A stretch of DNA of 53,790 bases from an uncultured Pseudomonadales bacterium. GTDB lineage: Bacteria > Patescibacteriota > Microgenomatia > UBA1400 > PJMF01. Position numbers and translations under genes: made by a program. Shown piece by piece: positions 36,937-45,929 of the stretch. The notes under the pieces are model-generated. The model ran no database searches. It was not told where the DNA came from and worked only from the letters and a program-made list of their open reading frames with translations. Location: assembly GCA_964418385.1 (NCBI GenBank), contig CAYQLH010000001.1:1-53790 (forward strand), read 5' to 3'. The stretch's first letter is position 1. Each line of letters begins with the position of its first letter.

Positions 36937-38451
36937 TTATTTTTCGGTGTGCGAAAACAAAACGGCGTGCGCATCCAAAGCGGCTTTAAGAGCAGCTTCT
37001 ACTTCTGGTGTTAAATCCTTGACTTTGTCAATTAAAGCTAAAGCCTGACCGTCTTGATCATGTAAGAAACGGAGCAAGCTCTGTTCGAAAGTACCCACTT
37101 GAGCAACGTCGACGTCGTCCAAATAACCTTGTCCCAAAGCGTACAAGATTGCTACTTGCTCTGACATTGTCAGCGGGGCGTATTGTTTTTGCTTGAGCAC
37201 TTCGGTGGCGCGGCGTCCGCGTTCGATCTGCTCGCGAGTTTTCTCGTCTAAGTCTGAGCCAAATTGTGTAAACGATTCCAGCTCGCGGAACTGAGCAAGA
37301 TCGACGCGCAGACGACCGGAAACTTTCTTCATGGCTTTGGTCTGAGCGCTGCCACCGACACGGGAAACTGAAAGACCAGCATTGACCGCAGGGCGAATGC
37401 CACGATAGAATAGGTCAGTTTCCAAATAGATCTGGCCATCAGTAATGGAAATAACGTTGGTGGGAATGTAAGCGCTAGAATCGCCGGCTTGCGTTTCGAT
37501 AATGGGCAAGGCTGTCAGCGAACCGCCGCCGTAATCTTTATTGAGTTTGGCAGCACGCTCCAAAAGTCGTGAGTGGAGATAAAAAACATCGCCTGGGAAA
37601 GCCTCACGTCCCGGTGGACGGCGCAAAATAAGCGAAATTTGACGATAAGCGACGGCGTGCTTGGAAAGATCATCATAAATCACCAAAGCGTCGCGACCTT
37701 TAGCCATAAAGTATTCGCCAATGGCGGCGCCGGCATAGGGAGCGATATAAGAATAAGCGGCGGCTTCGGAAACACCGGCATCCACAACGACGGTGTAATC
37801 AAGTGCTCCGGCTTGGCGCAACTGCTCTACTAGGCGCGCGAGTTTGGACTCTTTCTGACCGATACTGACGTAGATGCACACCACGTTTTGGTCTTTTTGG
37901 TTGAGAATGGTGTCAATCGCAATTGCCGTTTTACCGGTCTGACGGTCACCGATGATCAGCTCGCGCTGACCGCGACCAATCGGCACCATAGCGTCGATAG
38001 CTTTAATACCCGTTTGCAAAGGCTGATTGACGCTTTCGCGAGTAATCACACCAGGAGCAATTTTTTCAATGGGGTTGTAGGTTTCTGCTTTAATCGGGCC
38101 CAAGCCGTCTACTGGTTGACCCAAAGGATTAACGACGCGACCGATGAGCTCGTCGCCCACGGGAATGGACAGAATTTTACCGAGCTGCTTGACAGTTTGA
38201 CCTTCTTTGATCTGAGTATCGCTGCCCAAAATAATTGCGCCCACCGTCGTATCCTCAAGATTGAGCACCAAACCGATTTCGCCATGCTCAAACTCCACCA
38301 TTTCGCCACTGCCGACATCGCTGAGACCGCTGATCTTGGCAACACCATCAGCGACTTCAAGTACCGTTCCGATTTTTTCTACACTGAAACCTTTGGTAAA
38401 GGATTCGGCTTGCTTTTTGAGTTCGGCGATTAATAAATTCGTTTCTGACAT
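36937..38451 (-). CDS. atpA: F1 ATP synthase alpha subunit
   Basis: [12 protein letters not shown]-loop and overall strong conservation. Confidence 0.97.
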   Translation of the reverse strand: MSETNLLIAELKKQAESFTKGFSVEKIGTVLEVADGVAKISGLSDVGSGEMVEFEHGEIGLVLNLEDTTVGAIILGSDTQIKEGQTVKQLGKILSIPVGDELIGRVVNPLGQPVDGLGPIKAETYNPIEKIAPGVITRESVNQPLQTGIKAIDAMVPIGRGQRELIIGDRQTGKTAIAIDTILNQKDQNVVCIYVSIGQKESKLARLVEQLRQAGALDYTVVVDAGVSEAAAYSYIAPYAGAAIGEYFMAKGRDALVIYDDLSKHAVAYRQISLILRRPPGREAFPGDVFYLHSRLLERAAKLNKDYGGGSLTALPIIETQAGDSSAYIPTNVISITDGQIYLETDLFYRGIRPAVNAGLSVSRVGGSAQTKAMKKVSGRLRVDLAQFRELESFTQFGSDLDEKTREQIERGRRATEVLKQKQYAPLTMSEQVAILYALGQGYLDDVDVAQVGTFEQSLLRFLHDQDGQALALIDKVKDLTPEVEAALKAALDAHAVLFSHTEK

Positions 38452-38458
38452 ATGACTT

Positions 38459-38860
38459 TCATGCTAATAATTGTTTGCGAAAATCTAATAATTGTCGCTC
38501 TAGCGACCAGTCGTAGCGACGATCGCGAGCCGTAGTGATGATGCCAGGGCGACTGGCATCAGTGCTAATTTCTAAATTGACATTTTGGACGTGAAACTGA
38601 TCAGCGAGGAAATCTTGAAGGGTGTTTTTTTGACCTGGAGTAAGTGGTGCCGGCGCTTGGACTTGAGCGGTGAGGCTATTACTGGTGGCGTCAAGACGTT
38701 CGCGCAAACCGTTTAAAATATTGTTGATCAAACCAAGTTGGCGATGAGAGCGCAAAAGTTGCAGAAAACCGGCGAAATTTTCTTCGCGACTGGCAGGCGT
38801 ACTCTCTTCGAGGATAGCTTGTAAAGTGTCAATATAGTCTGAGGTTTTAATTTTTGCCAT
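38459..38860 (-). CDS. atpH: F1 ATP synthase delta (OSCP) subunit, shortened (133 aa)
   Basis: Operon position between atpF and atpA. The C-terminal delta-like pattern is [21 protein letters not shown]. Confidence 0.7.
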   Translation of the reverse strand: MAKIKTSDYIDTLQAILEESTPASREENFAGFLQLLRSHRQLGLINNILNGLRERLDATSNSLTAQVQAPAPLTPGQKNTLQDFLADQFHVQNVNLEISTDASRPGIITTARDRRYDWSLERQLLDFRKQLLA

Positions 38861-38865
38861 AGCTT

Positions 38866-39357
38866 TTATGCTTTCACTCCTTCTTGGAGGTAATCGGCGG
38901 TAATAGTCGCAGGATCCACTTTTTCGTCAACTATGCGACGCACGCCTGTAGCAATGATAGCAGCGAGTTCGGATTTTGCCTCAAGCATCATTTTACCTTT
39001 GGTGACAGCAACTTGTTTTTCGCCGTCAGCGACGATTTTTAAGGCTTGTTGTTTAGCGGCAGCGACGATCTGTTGTTCTTGGTTTTGACCTTGAGTGCGG
39101 GCAGTGGCGATAATATCGCTGGCTTCACGGCGAGCACTCGCAAGAATTTCTTCTTGCTGCGCTTGTGCCTGTGCGAGCGATTCGTCTGCTTTTTTGGCAT
39201 TATTGAGACCGTCGACAATTTGTTTTTGACGTTTGGTGATGAACTCGAGCAAACCTTCGAGGGCAAACTTTTTGAGAATAAAATAGAGCAGCGCAAAATT
39301 GATCAGCTGCGAGATCACAGTTGGCCAACTAATTCCTAACGCATTAATTAATTCCAT
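38866..39357 (-). CDS. atpF: Fo ATP synthase subunit b
   Basis: A single N-terminal TM helix followed by a long charged helix rich in A/E/Q/K, at the expected operon position. Confidence 0.85.
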   Translation of the reverse strand: MELINALGISWPTVISQLINFALLYFILKKFALEGLLEFITKRQKQIVDGLNNAKKADESLAQAQAQQEEILASARREASDIIATARTQGQNQEQQIVAAAKQQALKIVADGEKQVAVTKGKMMLEAKSELAAIIATGVRRIVDEKVDPATITADYLQEGVKA

Positions 39358-39390
39358 AATTTGCCCCCGAAAGTGACTTGCTTATAATTT

Positions 39391-39633
39391 TTAGGTGAAA
39401 AGGATGATCAGCGCGATCACCAGTGAGTAAATACCGGTTGACTCACAAACGGCCATGAGCACAAAGACGAGACCGCTGATTTTGTCTGCCGCTTCCGGAT
39501 TGCGACCAATCGCATTTAAAGCTTTACCAGCAACATAGCCTTCACCGACCGCTGGGCCCAAAGCACCCAAACCCATACACAAACCAGCAGCCAAGGCTTT
39601 AATGGCAGCGGCGTTTTGTACGATTTCTTCCAT
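39391..39633 (-). CDS. atpE: Fo ATP synthase subunit c
   Basis: Helical hairpin with GLGALGPAVGEG and the essential carboxylate in MAVCESTGIY. The start was set at ATG 39633, which is preceded by GAAAGGA. Confidence 0.9.
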   Translation of the reverse strand: MEEIVQNAAAIKALAAGLCMGLGALGPAVGEGYVAGKALNAIGRNPEAADKISGLVFVLMAVCESTGIYSLVIALIILFT

Positions 39634-39695
39634 ATATCCTTTCTTGTTTATCAATTATTTTTTACTTTATACCATACTCCGTATTATACCATAGT

Positions 39696-40472
39696 TTAAC
39701 TTTCAATCACATCAAGCGAACCATTGATAAAGATGGTGGCCAGGAGGGCAAAAACGTAAGCCTGGATAACAGAGGAAAAAAGCGTGAGGACGAAGAAGGG
39801 AAACGGCACGAAATATGGCACCAAAGCTGTCATCACTGCCATTAAGACCTCGCCGGCAAAAACGTTACCAAAAAGACGAAATGAAAGGGAAAGAATTTTG
39901 GCAAGCTCACCAATGACATCCATTAAACCCAAGAAGAAAGCGATGGGGCTGGAAAAGTTGAAAAACTTGTGTAAGTATTTGCCAAAACCGTTGACCATAA
40001 TGAAACAAAGCTGACAAGTGATCACCACGATCAAAGTCATGACTAAAATCATACTGTAGTCAGCCAAAACAGAGCGGAAAAGACTGATATTTCCGTAGGA
40101 AATTGCACTGAGTCCTGGAAAAAGAGTGATAAGGTTGGCCACAGCGATAAAGGTAAAAAGACAAAAAGCGAGCGGGAAAAGCTGACGTGAACGTTTTTCG
40201 TCGCCGGTGATACCCTGCACTTGATTCCACACAGCCATCACGAGCATTTCCACTAACAGTTGGAATTTACTGGGGACTGCGCGCCAGTGACGACGGGTGG
40301 AAACCAAAGCGATAATAATGATGGCGCTGACTAAAAACTGTAAAACGAGAGTGGTGGTAACTGCTAAAGGACCGATGTGGAAAAGGACTCCAGGCGTGAG
40401 ACTAACTTCTAATCCAGAAACTCCAGGAAACAAAAAACCAAAAAAACGACTGACAATATTTGCTTCCTCCAT
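39696..40472 (-). CDS. atpB: Fo ATP synthase subunit a
   Basis: LSLSFRLFGNVFAGE, which holds the conserved Arg of subunit a, in a polytopic protein. Confidence 0.92.
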   Translation of the reverse strand: MEEANIVSRFFGFLFPGVSGLEVSLTPGVLFHIGPLAVTTTLVLQFLVSAIIIIALVSTRRHWRAVPSKFQLLVEMLVMAVWNQVQGITGDEKRSRQLFPLAFCLFTFIAVANLITLFPGLSAISYGNISLFRSVLADYSMILVMTLIVVITCQLCFIMVNGFGKYLHKFFNFSSPIAFFLGLMDVIGELAKILSLSFRLFGNVFAGEVLMAVMTALVPYFVPFPFFVLTLFSSVIQAYVFALLATIFINGSLDVIES

Positions 40473-40475
40473 ATT

Positions 40476-40754
40476 TTAGCGAGCGTGAGAACGCGTCCTT
40501 TCGCGGTTGATCATTTTTCTAGTGGTGGCAATGGTTATGATGTTCATAAGTACAAACCCTAAGACGAGTCCGATTATAGTATAAAAAAATTTTTTGTCAA
40601 GAACCAAATCGAGGGCGTACCCGAGACCACCGCCCAGGACGAGACCTAAAGCGGCGCTTGTAAGAGCGATGAGGTGCGTTTGACGCAGCTGGCGGCGAAA
40701 AGTGTCGATGGCTTGATTGGCACGAGAATTGTCTTGATTCGTTTTTGCTGACAT
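40476..40754 (-). CDS. AtpI/AtpZ-like small membrane protein
   Basis: It is the first gene of the atp operon, with two hydrophobic helices and a basic tail. ATG 40754 lies 7 nt after the -10 element of the atp promoter. Confidence 0.55.
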   Translation of the reverse strand: MSAKTNQDNSRANQAIDTFRRQLRQTHLIALTSAALGLVLGGGLGYALDLVLDKKFFYTIIGLVLGFVLMNIITIATTRKMINRERTRSHAR

Positions 40755-40761
40755 TGACTTT

Positions 40762-40790
40762 ATTAGATCACAAAAATGCATTTTTGTCAA
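40762..40790 (-). promoter_or_regulatory. atp operon promoter (TTGACA-18 nt-TCTAAT with a TGTGA prefix)
   Basis: On the minus strand, TTGACA is at 40790-40785 and TGTGATCTAAT at 40772-40762. Confidence 0.55.
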
Positions 40791-40813
40791 GTCTTTTGGA
40801 CAATTTACAGTTT

Positions 40814-40848
40814 ATGCTGCACGTGCAGCATAACGGTTTTCCAGGCGT
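40814..40848 (+). repeat. Copy 2 of the 35-nt element (ATGCTGCACGTGCAGCAT AACGG TTTTCCAGGCGT)
   Basis: A perfect 20-nt palindrome TATGCTGCACGTGCAGCATA lies at 40813-40832. The element matches 538-572 at 31 of 35 positions. Confidence 0.8.
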
Positions 40849-41021
40849 AAATGTTGTGAAATTGTTGCAAAATTTGCGTGTTGCGATTGTCTATTTGAGC
40901 ACATTGGACAGAAATAACGCTTGCAAATTTTGCTTTTGTGGCACATTGTTCTCTCCGCTCAGCTGCGATTGCGATAAACTTAATCATACACAAAACCTCA
41001 CAATCTGGAAGCTTGATCGTG

Positions 41022-41030
41022 TGGTACAAT
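41022..41030 (+). promoter_or_regulatory. Extended -10 promoter (TGGTACAAT) 7 nt from ATG 41038
   Basis: The motif is seen directly. Confidence 0.5.
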
Positions 41031-41037
41031 AAATGGT

Positions 41038-42582
41038 ATGAAAAGCAAGATTCGCACGTGGTGGCGGCGCTACGGTTGGGAAAGCCTGAGTTTACTCGTT
41101 TTGGCAGGGTTGCTGATTTTGGGAGCGACACATCACGAGCAATGGCGCGATGAAGCTCAGCAATGGCTTTTGGTGCGCGACTGCACTTTTCACGACTTGT
41201 GGCAAATGCTCGCTTACGAAGGACATTTTTTGCTATGGTACTTGCTGATTTGGCCCTTGGCACATGCCGGTTTTTCTTTGGCGAGCGTCAATTTTTTAAG
41301 CGCTTTTTTGGTGTGGCTGGCGGCAGCGTTGATTGTCTTTAAAAGTCCCTTTGTACGTTGGAAGCGGTGTGCCTTTATTTTTTGTTTGCCGATGCTGTAC
41401 TGGTACCCGGTGGTGGCGCGCTGTTACGCTTTAATTCCTCTCGCTATCGCGGCAATGGCACTCACTCACCGTCAGCGTTGGCAGCGACCCTGGGCTTATT
41501 TGTTGAGTGTTTGGTTTTTGGCTAATACTCACGTGATTATGCTTGGACTGGTGGGAATGTGTTTGTTGGTGTTTTTGCTGGAAAATATCCAAGCTTGGCC
41601 ACAAATAAAGCCGCGCTCGCGCCAGATTTTAGTTTACAGTTGGATCATGACTGGCGTCTTACTTTTGCTGACGGCGTGGCCGCTGATGGGGAGTTTGCAC
41701 AAAAATCAGATGGTGGGTAATGGCGCGACTGACCTCAAATCGGCAGTGGTAAAATTGAATTACTTGCCCCTGCAACTTTTGGGCGACAATTTTTATCTGT
41801 GGTGGCAGTGGCGCTGGAGTATTTATTTGCTTTTGTGCGTGGTAGTCTGGCACTTAATCGTCGATATCTGCGCTTATCCGCGAGACTATTTGCAAATCAT
41901 CCCTGCTGTGGGCTGGCAACTGTGGATTTACGTTGCCCTTTGGGGGCAAATTCCGCAGCGTAGTATCAGCGTCATTTTCATTTGGCTATTTTTTCACTGG
42001 TTACGCCGCGAAAAACCACTGCCCAAAATGCTGAGTGTCGATTGGAAATTGCAAAAGTCTTCCTTGGTGATTTTGTTGATCGCGAGCATTACCACTGGGA
42101 TGTATTGGTGGTGGCGTGAGTGGAAGGGCAATTATTCACAAGCAGGCAAAATTGCCGCCTATATTCAAGAAAAAATCCCCAGTGATGGGGCAGTGATAGT
42201 GATGGGCAATCGACCAGAATTTGGCTCGGCGGTGGCTGGTTTTTTACCAGCAAGTTATCGTTTTTATTATTTGCCCACACACGAAGATTTCTCTTACACT
42301 GTCTGGGATGAATCGGCGCTAGACTCAGTGACTGAGACTTCATTTTTACAGGAATTGCAGCAAGTTTTTCCGGATAAAAAGTGGTATTATCTGTACGCAG
42401 CCGAAAAAATATCACCAACTGATGATAGCGAGCTCGTGGCAACGCTCGAGGCAAATGGCGCCTTGAAATGGCTGACCGGCTGTGATGCTGGTTTTGGGGC
42501 GCGAGAGATGATTTGGCTTTTCGAGATCGTGCCAGAAGAAGCAACTAATTTATCACTCGATATTGGCACTGAAACAACGTAA
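41038..42582 (+). CDS. Polytopic membrane protein, putative GT-C-fold glycosyltransferase with a C-terminal soluble domain
   Basis: About 10 or more TM helices. An acidic motif in the first loop (HEQWRDEAQQW) resembles the GT-C DE/DxD loop. The extracytoplasmic C-terminal domain is about 140 aa. The assignment is tentative. Confidence 0.4.
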   Translation: MKSKIRTWWRRYGWESLSLLVLAGLLILGATHHEQWRDEAQQWLLVRDCTFHDLWQMLAYEGHFLLWYLLIWPLAHAGFSLASVNFLSAFLVWLAAALIVFKSPFVRWKRCAFIFCLPMLYWYPVVARCYALIPLAIAAMALTHRQRWQRPWAYLLSVWFLANTHVIMLGLVGMCLLVFLLENIQAWPQIKPRSRQILVYSWIMTGVLLLLTAWPLMGSLHKNQMVGNGATDLKSAVVKLNYLPLQLLGDNFYLWWQWRWSIYLLLCVVVWHLIVDICAYPRDYLQIIPAVGWQLWIYVALWGQIPQRSISVIFIWLFFHWLRREKPLPKMLSVDWKLQKSSLVILLIASITTGMYWWWREWKGNYSQAGKIAAYIQEKIPSDGAVIVMGNRPEFGSAVAGFLPASYRFYYLPTHEDFSYTVWDESALDSVTETSFLQELQQVFPDKKWYYLYAAEKISPTDDSELVATLEANGALKWLTGCDAGFGAREMIWLFEIVPEEATNLSLDIGTETT

Positions 42583-42608
42583 AACTCGCCCGTTAGCGTA
42601 GGCGAGTT
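42583..42608. terminator. Bidirectional hairpin terminator between convergent genes
   Basis: AACTCGCC-10 nt loop-GGCGAGTT, with an A-run upstream and TTTG downstream. Confidence 0.6.
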
Positions 42609-42627
42609 TGCTTGCTACATTTTGGCT

Positions 42628-43803
42628 TTAATAGTTGACATCGTTACCTGTGGGCACGAGGCTGATCCAAATCTTGCCACGCGGTATTTCCAGCTCCTGA
42701 CCACTCTTGGTGGTAAATTCGAGCTCGCTTTCGCGCGACTTTTTGGACCATTTGATCTCGGTGGCTTCGCCACCAGAAAAGAGAATACCGTCACCCTTGC
42801 TAATAACGTCATACATCATGTGCTTGAGCTCATCAATCGGACCTTCTTCGTCCACAAACATCACAATGACGTTGGTGAAGGCCAACGGATCGCCGGTTTC
42901 CAAGTCTTTTGAGGCTTCGCCACCGTTGGAGCGCAGATACTTGCCGCTGGCGGCGTCATATTTCCAGCTCACGTCAAATGCTGGCAAACCACTCCAGAAA
43001 CTATAACTGATATTTTGCGAGCCGCTGCCCGCTTCGGCATCAACAAACTTCCAGCCAGTATAATCTTCTGACCAATCATCATCGGTGGTCGGGTCAATAT
43101 TGGTCCAGCCACGTTTGGTCGCCACTTCCCACAATTTTTCGGTACTGGTGGTCATGGTGTGCTCGGTGGCGATGTCCTTGCCAGGGATACGATTGTAGTC
43201 GCGGATGAAAGTGGGATAACCAACGCTGAATTGGTTGATGTCGTTTTCGCCAGTCCAGCCATAGTCGGAAAGTTGCCCCAAGGCATTAGCCGGACCCTCC
43301 AGATTGGCACCGCCCACATGGACGTACATGGGGCGATTAAACCCTGAAGCAAGGTTGATGAAATAAGTGCGTGCCGAGCGAATAGGGGCCAAAGTAACGT
43401 CTTCATCTTGGACATCACAGTAAAAAAGGGCCATAAACCGTGTAATTCCTCCTTCGGCGACAGCTTCAAAGACAACATCAGCGCTGGTAAGCCCTGATTG
43501 CGGACGTGCGTCTTGCGAATTTTCGATCATGACAGCCAGTGGACGACGTTTTTCCCACGCAGTGCGCTCAGGCTCGGAGTAATAGACGCCATTGAGGGGA
43601 CAAACTTCAGTTTTTGGCAAAGCGTCAAGACCGGAAATCAAGGTATCGTCGGCGGTGGTTTCGGGTTGTGTTGGCTCCGGCGTGGCTTCGGCTACCTTTG
43701 CTGCTTGATGGTTACCCGAGCGGAAGACAAGAGTCGAAATTAATAAAGAAACAAAAAAGAGAACAACTGGCACCAGGTAAAGTAATTTGTCATTTTTTTT
43801 CAT
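42628..43803 (-). CDS. DUF3048 (YerB-like) domain exoprotein
   Basis: RPLAVMIENSQDARPQSGLTSADVVFEAVAEGGITRFMALF is the DUF3048 signature, with an N-terminal anchor. ATG 43803 is preceded by GAAAGGAAAAG. Confidence 0.8.
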   Translation of the reverse strand: MKKNDKLLYLVPVVLFFVSLLISTLVFRSGNHQAAKVAEATPEPTQPETTADDTLISGLDALPKTEVCPLNGVYYSEPERTAWEKRRPLAVMIENSQDARPQSGLTSADVVFEAVAEGGITRFMALFYCDVQDEDVTLAPIRSARTYFINLASGFNRPMYVHVGGANLEGPANALGQLSDYGWTGENDINQFSVGYPTFIRDYNRIPGKDIATEHTMTTSTEKLWEVATKRGWTNIDPTTDDDWSEDYTGWKFVDAEAGSGSQNISYSFWSGLPAFDVSWKYDAASGKYLRSNGGEASKDLETGDPLAFTNVIVMFVDEEGPIDELKHMMYDVISKGDGILFSGGEATEIKWSKKSRESELEFTTKSGQELEIPRGKIWISLVPTGNDVNY

Positions 43804-43813
43804 TCTTTTCCTT

Positions 43814-44074
43814 TCAGACTGTACGAGCAATTACGGTAATCACGCCCAGAAGTGCGAGAATCACAAGTGTCGCCCATCCGGTTCTCTTGAGATCGGTAGT
43901 GAAAACACTAGCCGGAAAACCGAAAAAGTCATATGCGCTTATTGTATCACGTTTTGGCGCGTTTGTCACGACTTTCGAAGTGTCTGGCGGGAGTGTACCC
44001 GCTTGTTTGGCAGCAGGGCGATTTGCATTGCGCTGGCGAAACTTTTTTTTGGGTAATTTCTGACGGGGTGCCAT
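43814..44074 (-). CDS. Small basic protein with a C-terminal TM helix (tail-anchored?)
   Basis: 86-aa ORF packed tightly between rseP and the DUF3048 gene. The N-terminal half is Lys/Arg-rich and the C-terminus reads WATLVILALLGVITVIA. Confidence 0.45.
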   Translation of the reverse strand: MAPRQKLPKKKFRQRNANRPAAKQAGTLPPDTSKVVTNAPKRDTISAYDFFGFPASVFTTDLKRTGWATLVILALLGVITVIARTV

Positions 44075-44075
44075 T

Positions 44076-45236
44076 TTAACCTCCTGTAAATAATCTCATA
44101 ATATCAGCGCCGGTAACGAGCAACATCAGTAAAATCACCAGCGCAAAACCAACGTAGTTAAGCAAACCTTCGATTTTGGCAACTCGCTGCCGACCGACGA
44201 TTTTTTCGCAAATTATCAAGAAAAGTCGACCACCGTCCACTGCAGGAATCGGCAAAAGATTGATCACGCCAAGATTGAGCGAGAGAATACCAGCGAAACT
44301 AATAATGCTCATCATTCCCGCGCGGAATGTTTCTTGACGATCGAGTTCGCTGACGATACCCACCGGCCCCATGACGACAACTTCCGATTTTCCTGGAGTG
44401 AAAAGCTGTTTGAGAGCTGTCCACAAGCCTTGTAGCATCGCTCCAGTCATGTAAAACGATTGACGAAAACCATAATAGACACTTAAAGGAATATGCTGAT
44501 ACCAAGGATAAAAATAATCCTGATAAGAACTAAAACTAAGACCAATGGCCCCACCGCCGACAGGAATATTTTCATCGCGACGTAAAGTGGCGGTGTAGGT
44601 GGCGATGTTGCCAGTGCACACACCTTCATGACAATCGCCGATGAGCTCCAAAGTGATCGTTTGGCCATGATGAGCGGCAAAATAGGCCATAGCCTGTTCG
44701 CGAGTTTCGACTAAAACGCTACTTGCCGAACTATCGCTGAGGCGATAAAGACGGGGACCAACGCTAATACCCGCAATGGCGGCTGGGCTTTCTGCTTCCA
44801 CGTAATCAATATAAACTTGGCCTGTGACTTTGCGCGGGATGCCCCAGACGCCATAAGCAAGGACAAAAACCAAAGCTGCCAAAAAAAGATTAACCACCGG
44901 ACCAGCAAGAATGACCAAAAAACGCTGCCACGCTGGTTTGTGATAAAACAGAGTTTGATCAGCGGTGTCAGTGTTGGTTTTGGTGTGCGAGCAACGATCC
45001 TCTTGAGCGGGAGCTGTTTCTCCAGCAAGATTGACATATCCGCCTAAAGGCAATAAATTGAGCACAAAATTTGTACCTTTCCAGCGAAAAAGTTCACAAA
45101 GCTGCGGCGGAAAACCAATCCCAAACTCGTCTACGCGCACGTGGAAAAACTTGGCCACACTAAAGTGACCGAACTCGTGCGCAATCACAAGAACACTTAA
45201 AATCAAAAGATAGATAATGATCGTGCCTAAGATCAT
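44076..45236 (-). CDS. rseP: RIP metalloprotease RseP (site-2 protease)
   Basis: HEFGHF zinc motif in TM1, one PDZ-like insert and the NLLPIPAVDGG motif. Confidence 0.9.
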   Translation of the reverse strand: MILGTIIIYLLILSVLVIAHEFGHFSVAKFFHVRVDEFGIGFPPQLCELFRWKGTNFVLNLLPLGGYVNLAGETAPAQEDRCSHTKTNTDTADQTLFYHKPAWQRFLVILAGPVVNLFLAALVFVLAYGVWGIPRKVTGQVYIDYVEAESPAAIAGISVGPRLYRLSDSSASSVLVETREQAMAYFAAHHGQTITLELIGDCHEGVCTGNIATYTATLRRDENIPVGGGAIGLSFSSYQDYFYPWYQHIPLSVYYGFRQSFYMTGAMLQGLWTALKQLFTPGKSEVVVMGPVGIVSELDRQETFRAGMMSIISFAGILSLNLGVINLLPIPAVDGGRLFLIICEKIVGRQRVAKIEGLLNYVGFALVILLMLLVTGADIMRLFTGG

Positions 45237-45784
45237 AAGGTGGTTAATTCTTTTTCTTTAGCAACGACCAGTTCATCCACGCTGGCAATTAATTTTTTGG
45301 TTTCTTCTTCGAGTGCGGCGAGGTCTGTCTTGATATCATCTTCGGAAATGCCTGCACTCCCTTGGCGCGCTTCGATGTCTCGTTTGGTTTCGGCTCGCAA
45401 GGTGCGGATCAGCACTTTGCCGTCCTCTCCTTTTTGATGCAGGGTTTTGACGAGTTTGGCACGATCTTCACCAGTAAGTGGCGGCACGCTAATACGGATA
45501 ATTTCGCCATCCACCACCGGATTTAAATTGATGCCGGCACTTTGAATACCTTTTTCTATCGCTGCCAAAACAGACTTATCCCACGGCGAGACAACGATCA
45601 TCGTGGGGTCGGTGACCGTGATCGCGGCAAGCTCGGTCACTTTCATGGTAGTCCCGTAGGCTTCTACTTTGACACTATCGAGCAGCTGAGGGCTGGCACC
45701 GCCAGTGCGCAAAGCACCAATATCGGTGCGAATGCTTTCCAGAGCTTCACGGCCACGGTTTTGATAATTTTTGAAGTCGTACAT
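45233..45784 (-). CDS. frr: Ribosome recycling factor
   Basis: Full-length Frr pattern (LDSVKVEAYG, ISVPPLTGEDR, TLRAETKRDI). Confidence 0.93.
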   Translation of the reverse strand: MYDFKNYQNRGREALESIRTDIGALRTGGASPQLLDSVKVEAYGTTMKVTELAAITVTDPTMIVVSPWDKSVLAAIEKGIQSAGINLNPVVDGEIIRISVPPLTGEDRAKLVKTLHQKGEDGKVLIRTLRAETKRDIEARQGSAGISEDDIKTDLAALEEETKKLIASVDELVVAKEKELTTL

Positions 45785-45878
45785 TAGAGACTTTCTTTTT
45801 GCTTTATGTGCGTATTATACCGCAGATTTGCGGGTTTTTCAGGGGCAGTTTGACAAGGGATGCGCGCGCAGACAAGGT

Positions 45879-45914
45879 GTGACGGCTGGATGGTCGACAC
45901 CATCCAGCCGTCAC
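45879..45914. repeat. Perfect 16-bp inverted repeat with a 4-nt loop (GTGACGGCTGGATGGT cgac ACCATCCAGCCGTCAC)
   Basis: Seen directly, 15 nt downstream of the giant gene's stop codon and upstream of the frr promoter. There is no U-tract on either side. Confidence 0.85.
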
Positions 45915-45929
45915 CAAGTTTGACTTTCT

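Noticed and set aside
37888-38433. 181-aa plus-strand ORF inside atpA. Similar shadow ORFs lie inside the giant gene (46929-47534, 47435-47986, 48738-49082), the kinase gene (21117-21599), the permease gene (24628-25059), the GT-C gene (42089-42544) and cysS (30624-31094)
   Set aside because: All lie fully within, and antisense or out of frame to, strongly supported genes. None has independent start signals or recognisable motifs.
40745-41263. ORFs 40745-41032 (+, 95 aa) and 40805-41263 (-, 152 aa) in and around the atp / GT-C divergent region
   Set aside because: They span promoters and palindromic elements. The minus ORF runs antisense into the well-supported 41038 gene. They have no RBS and odd composition.
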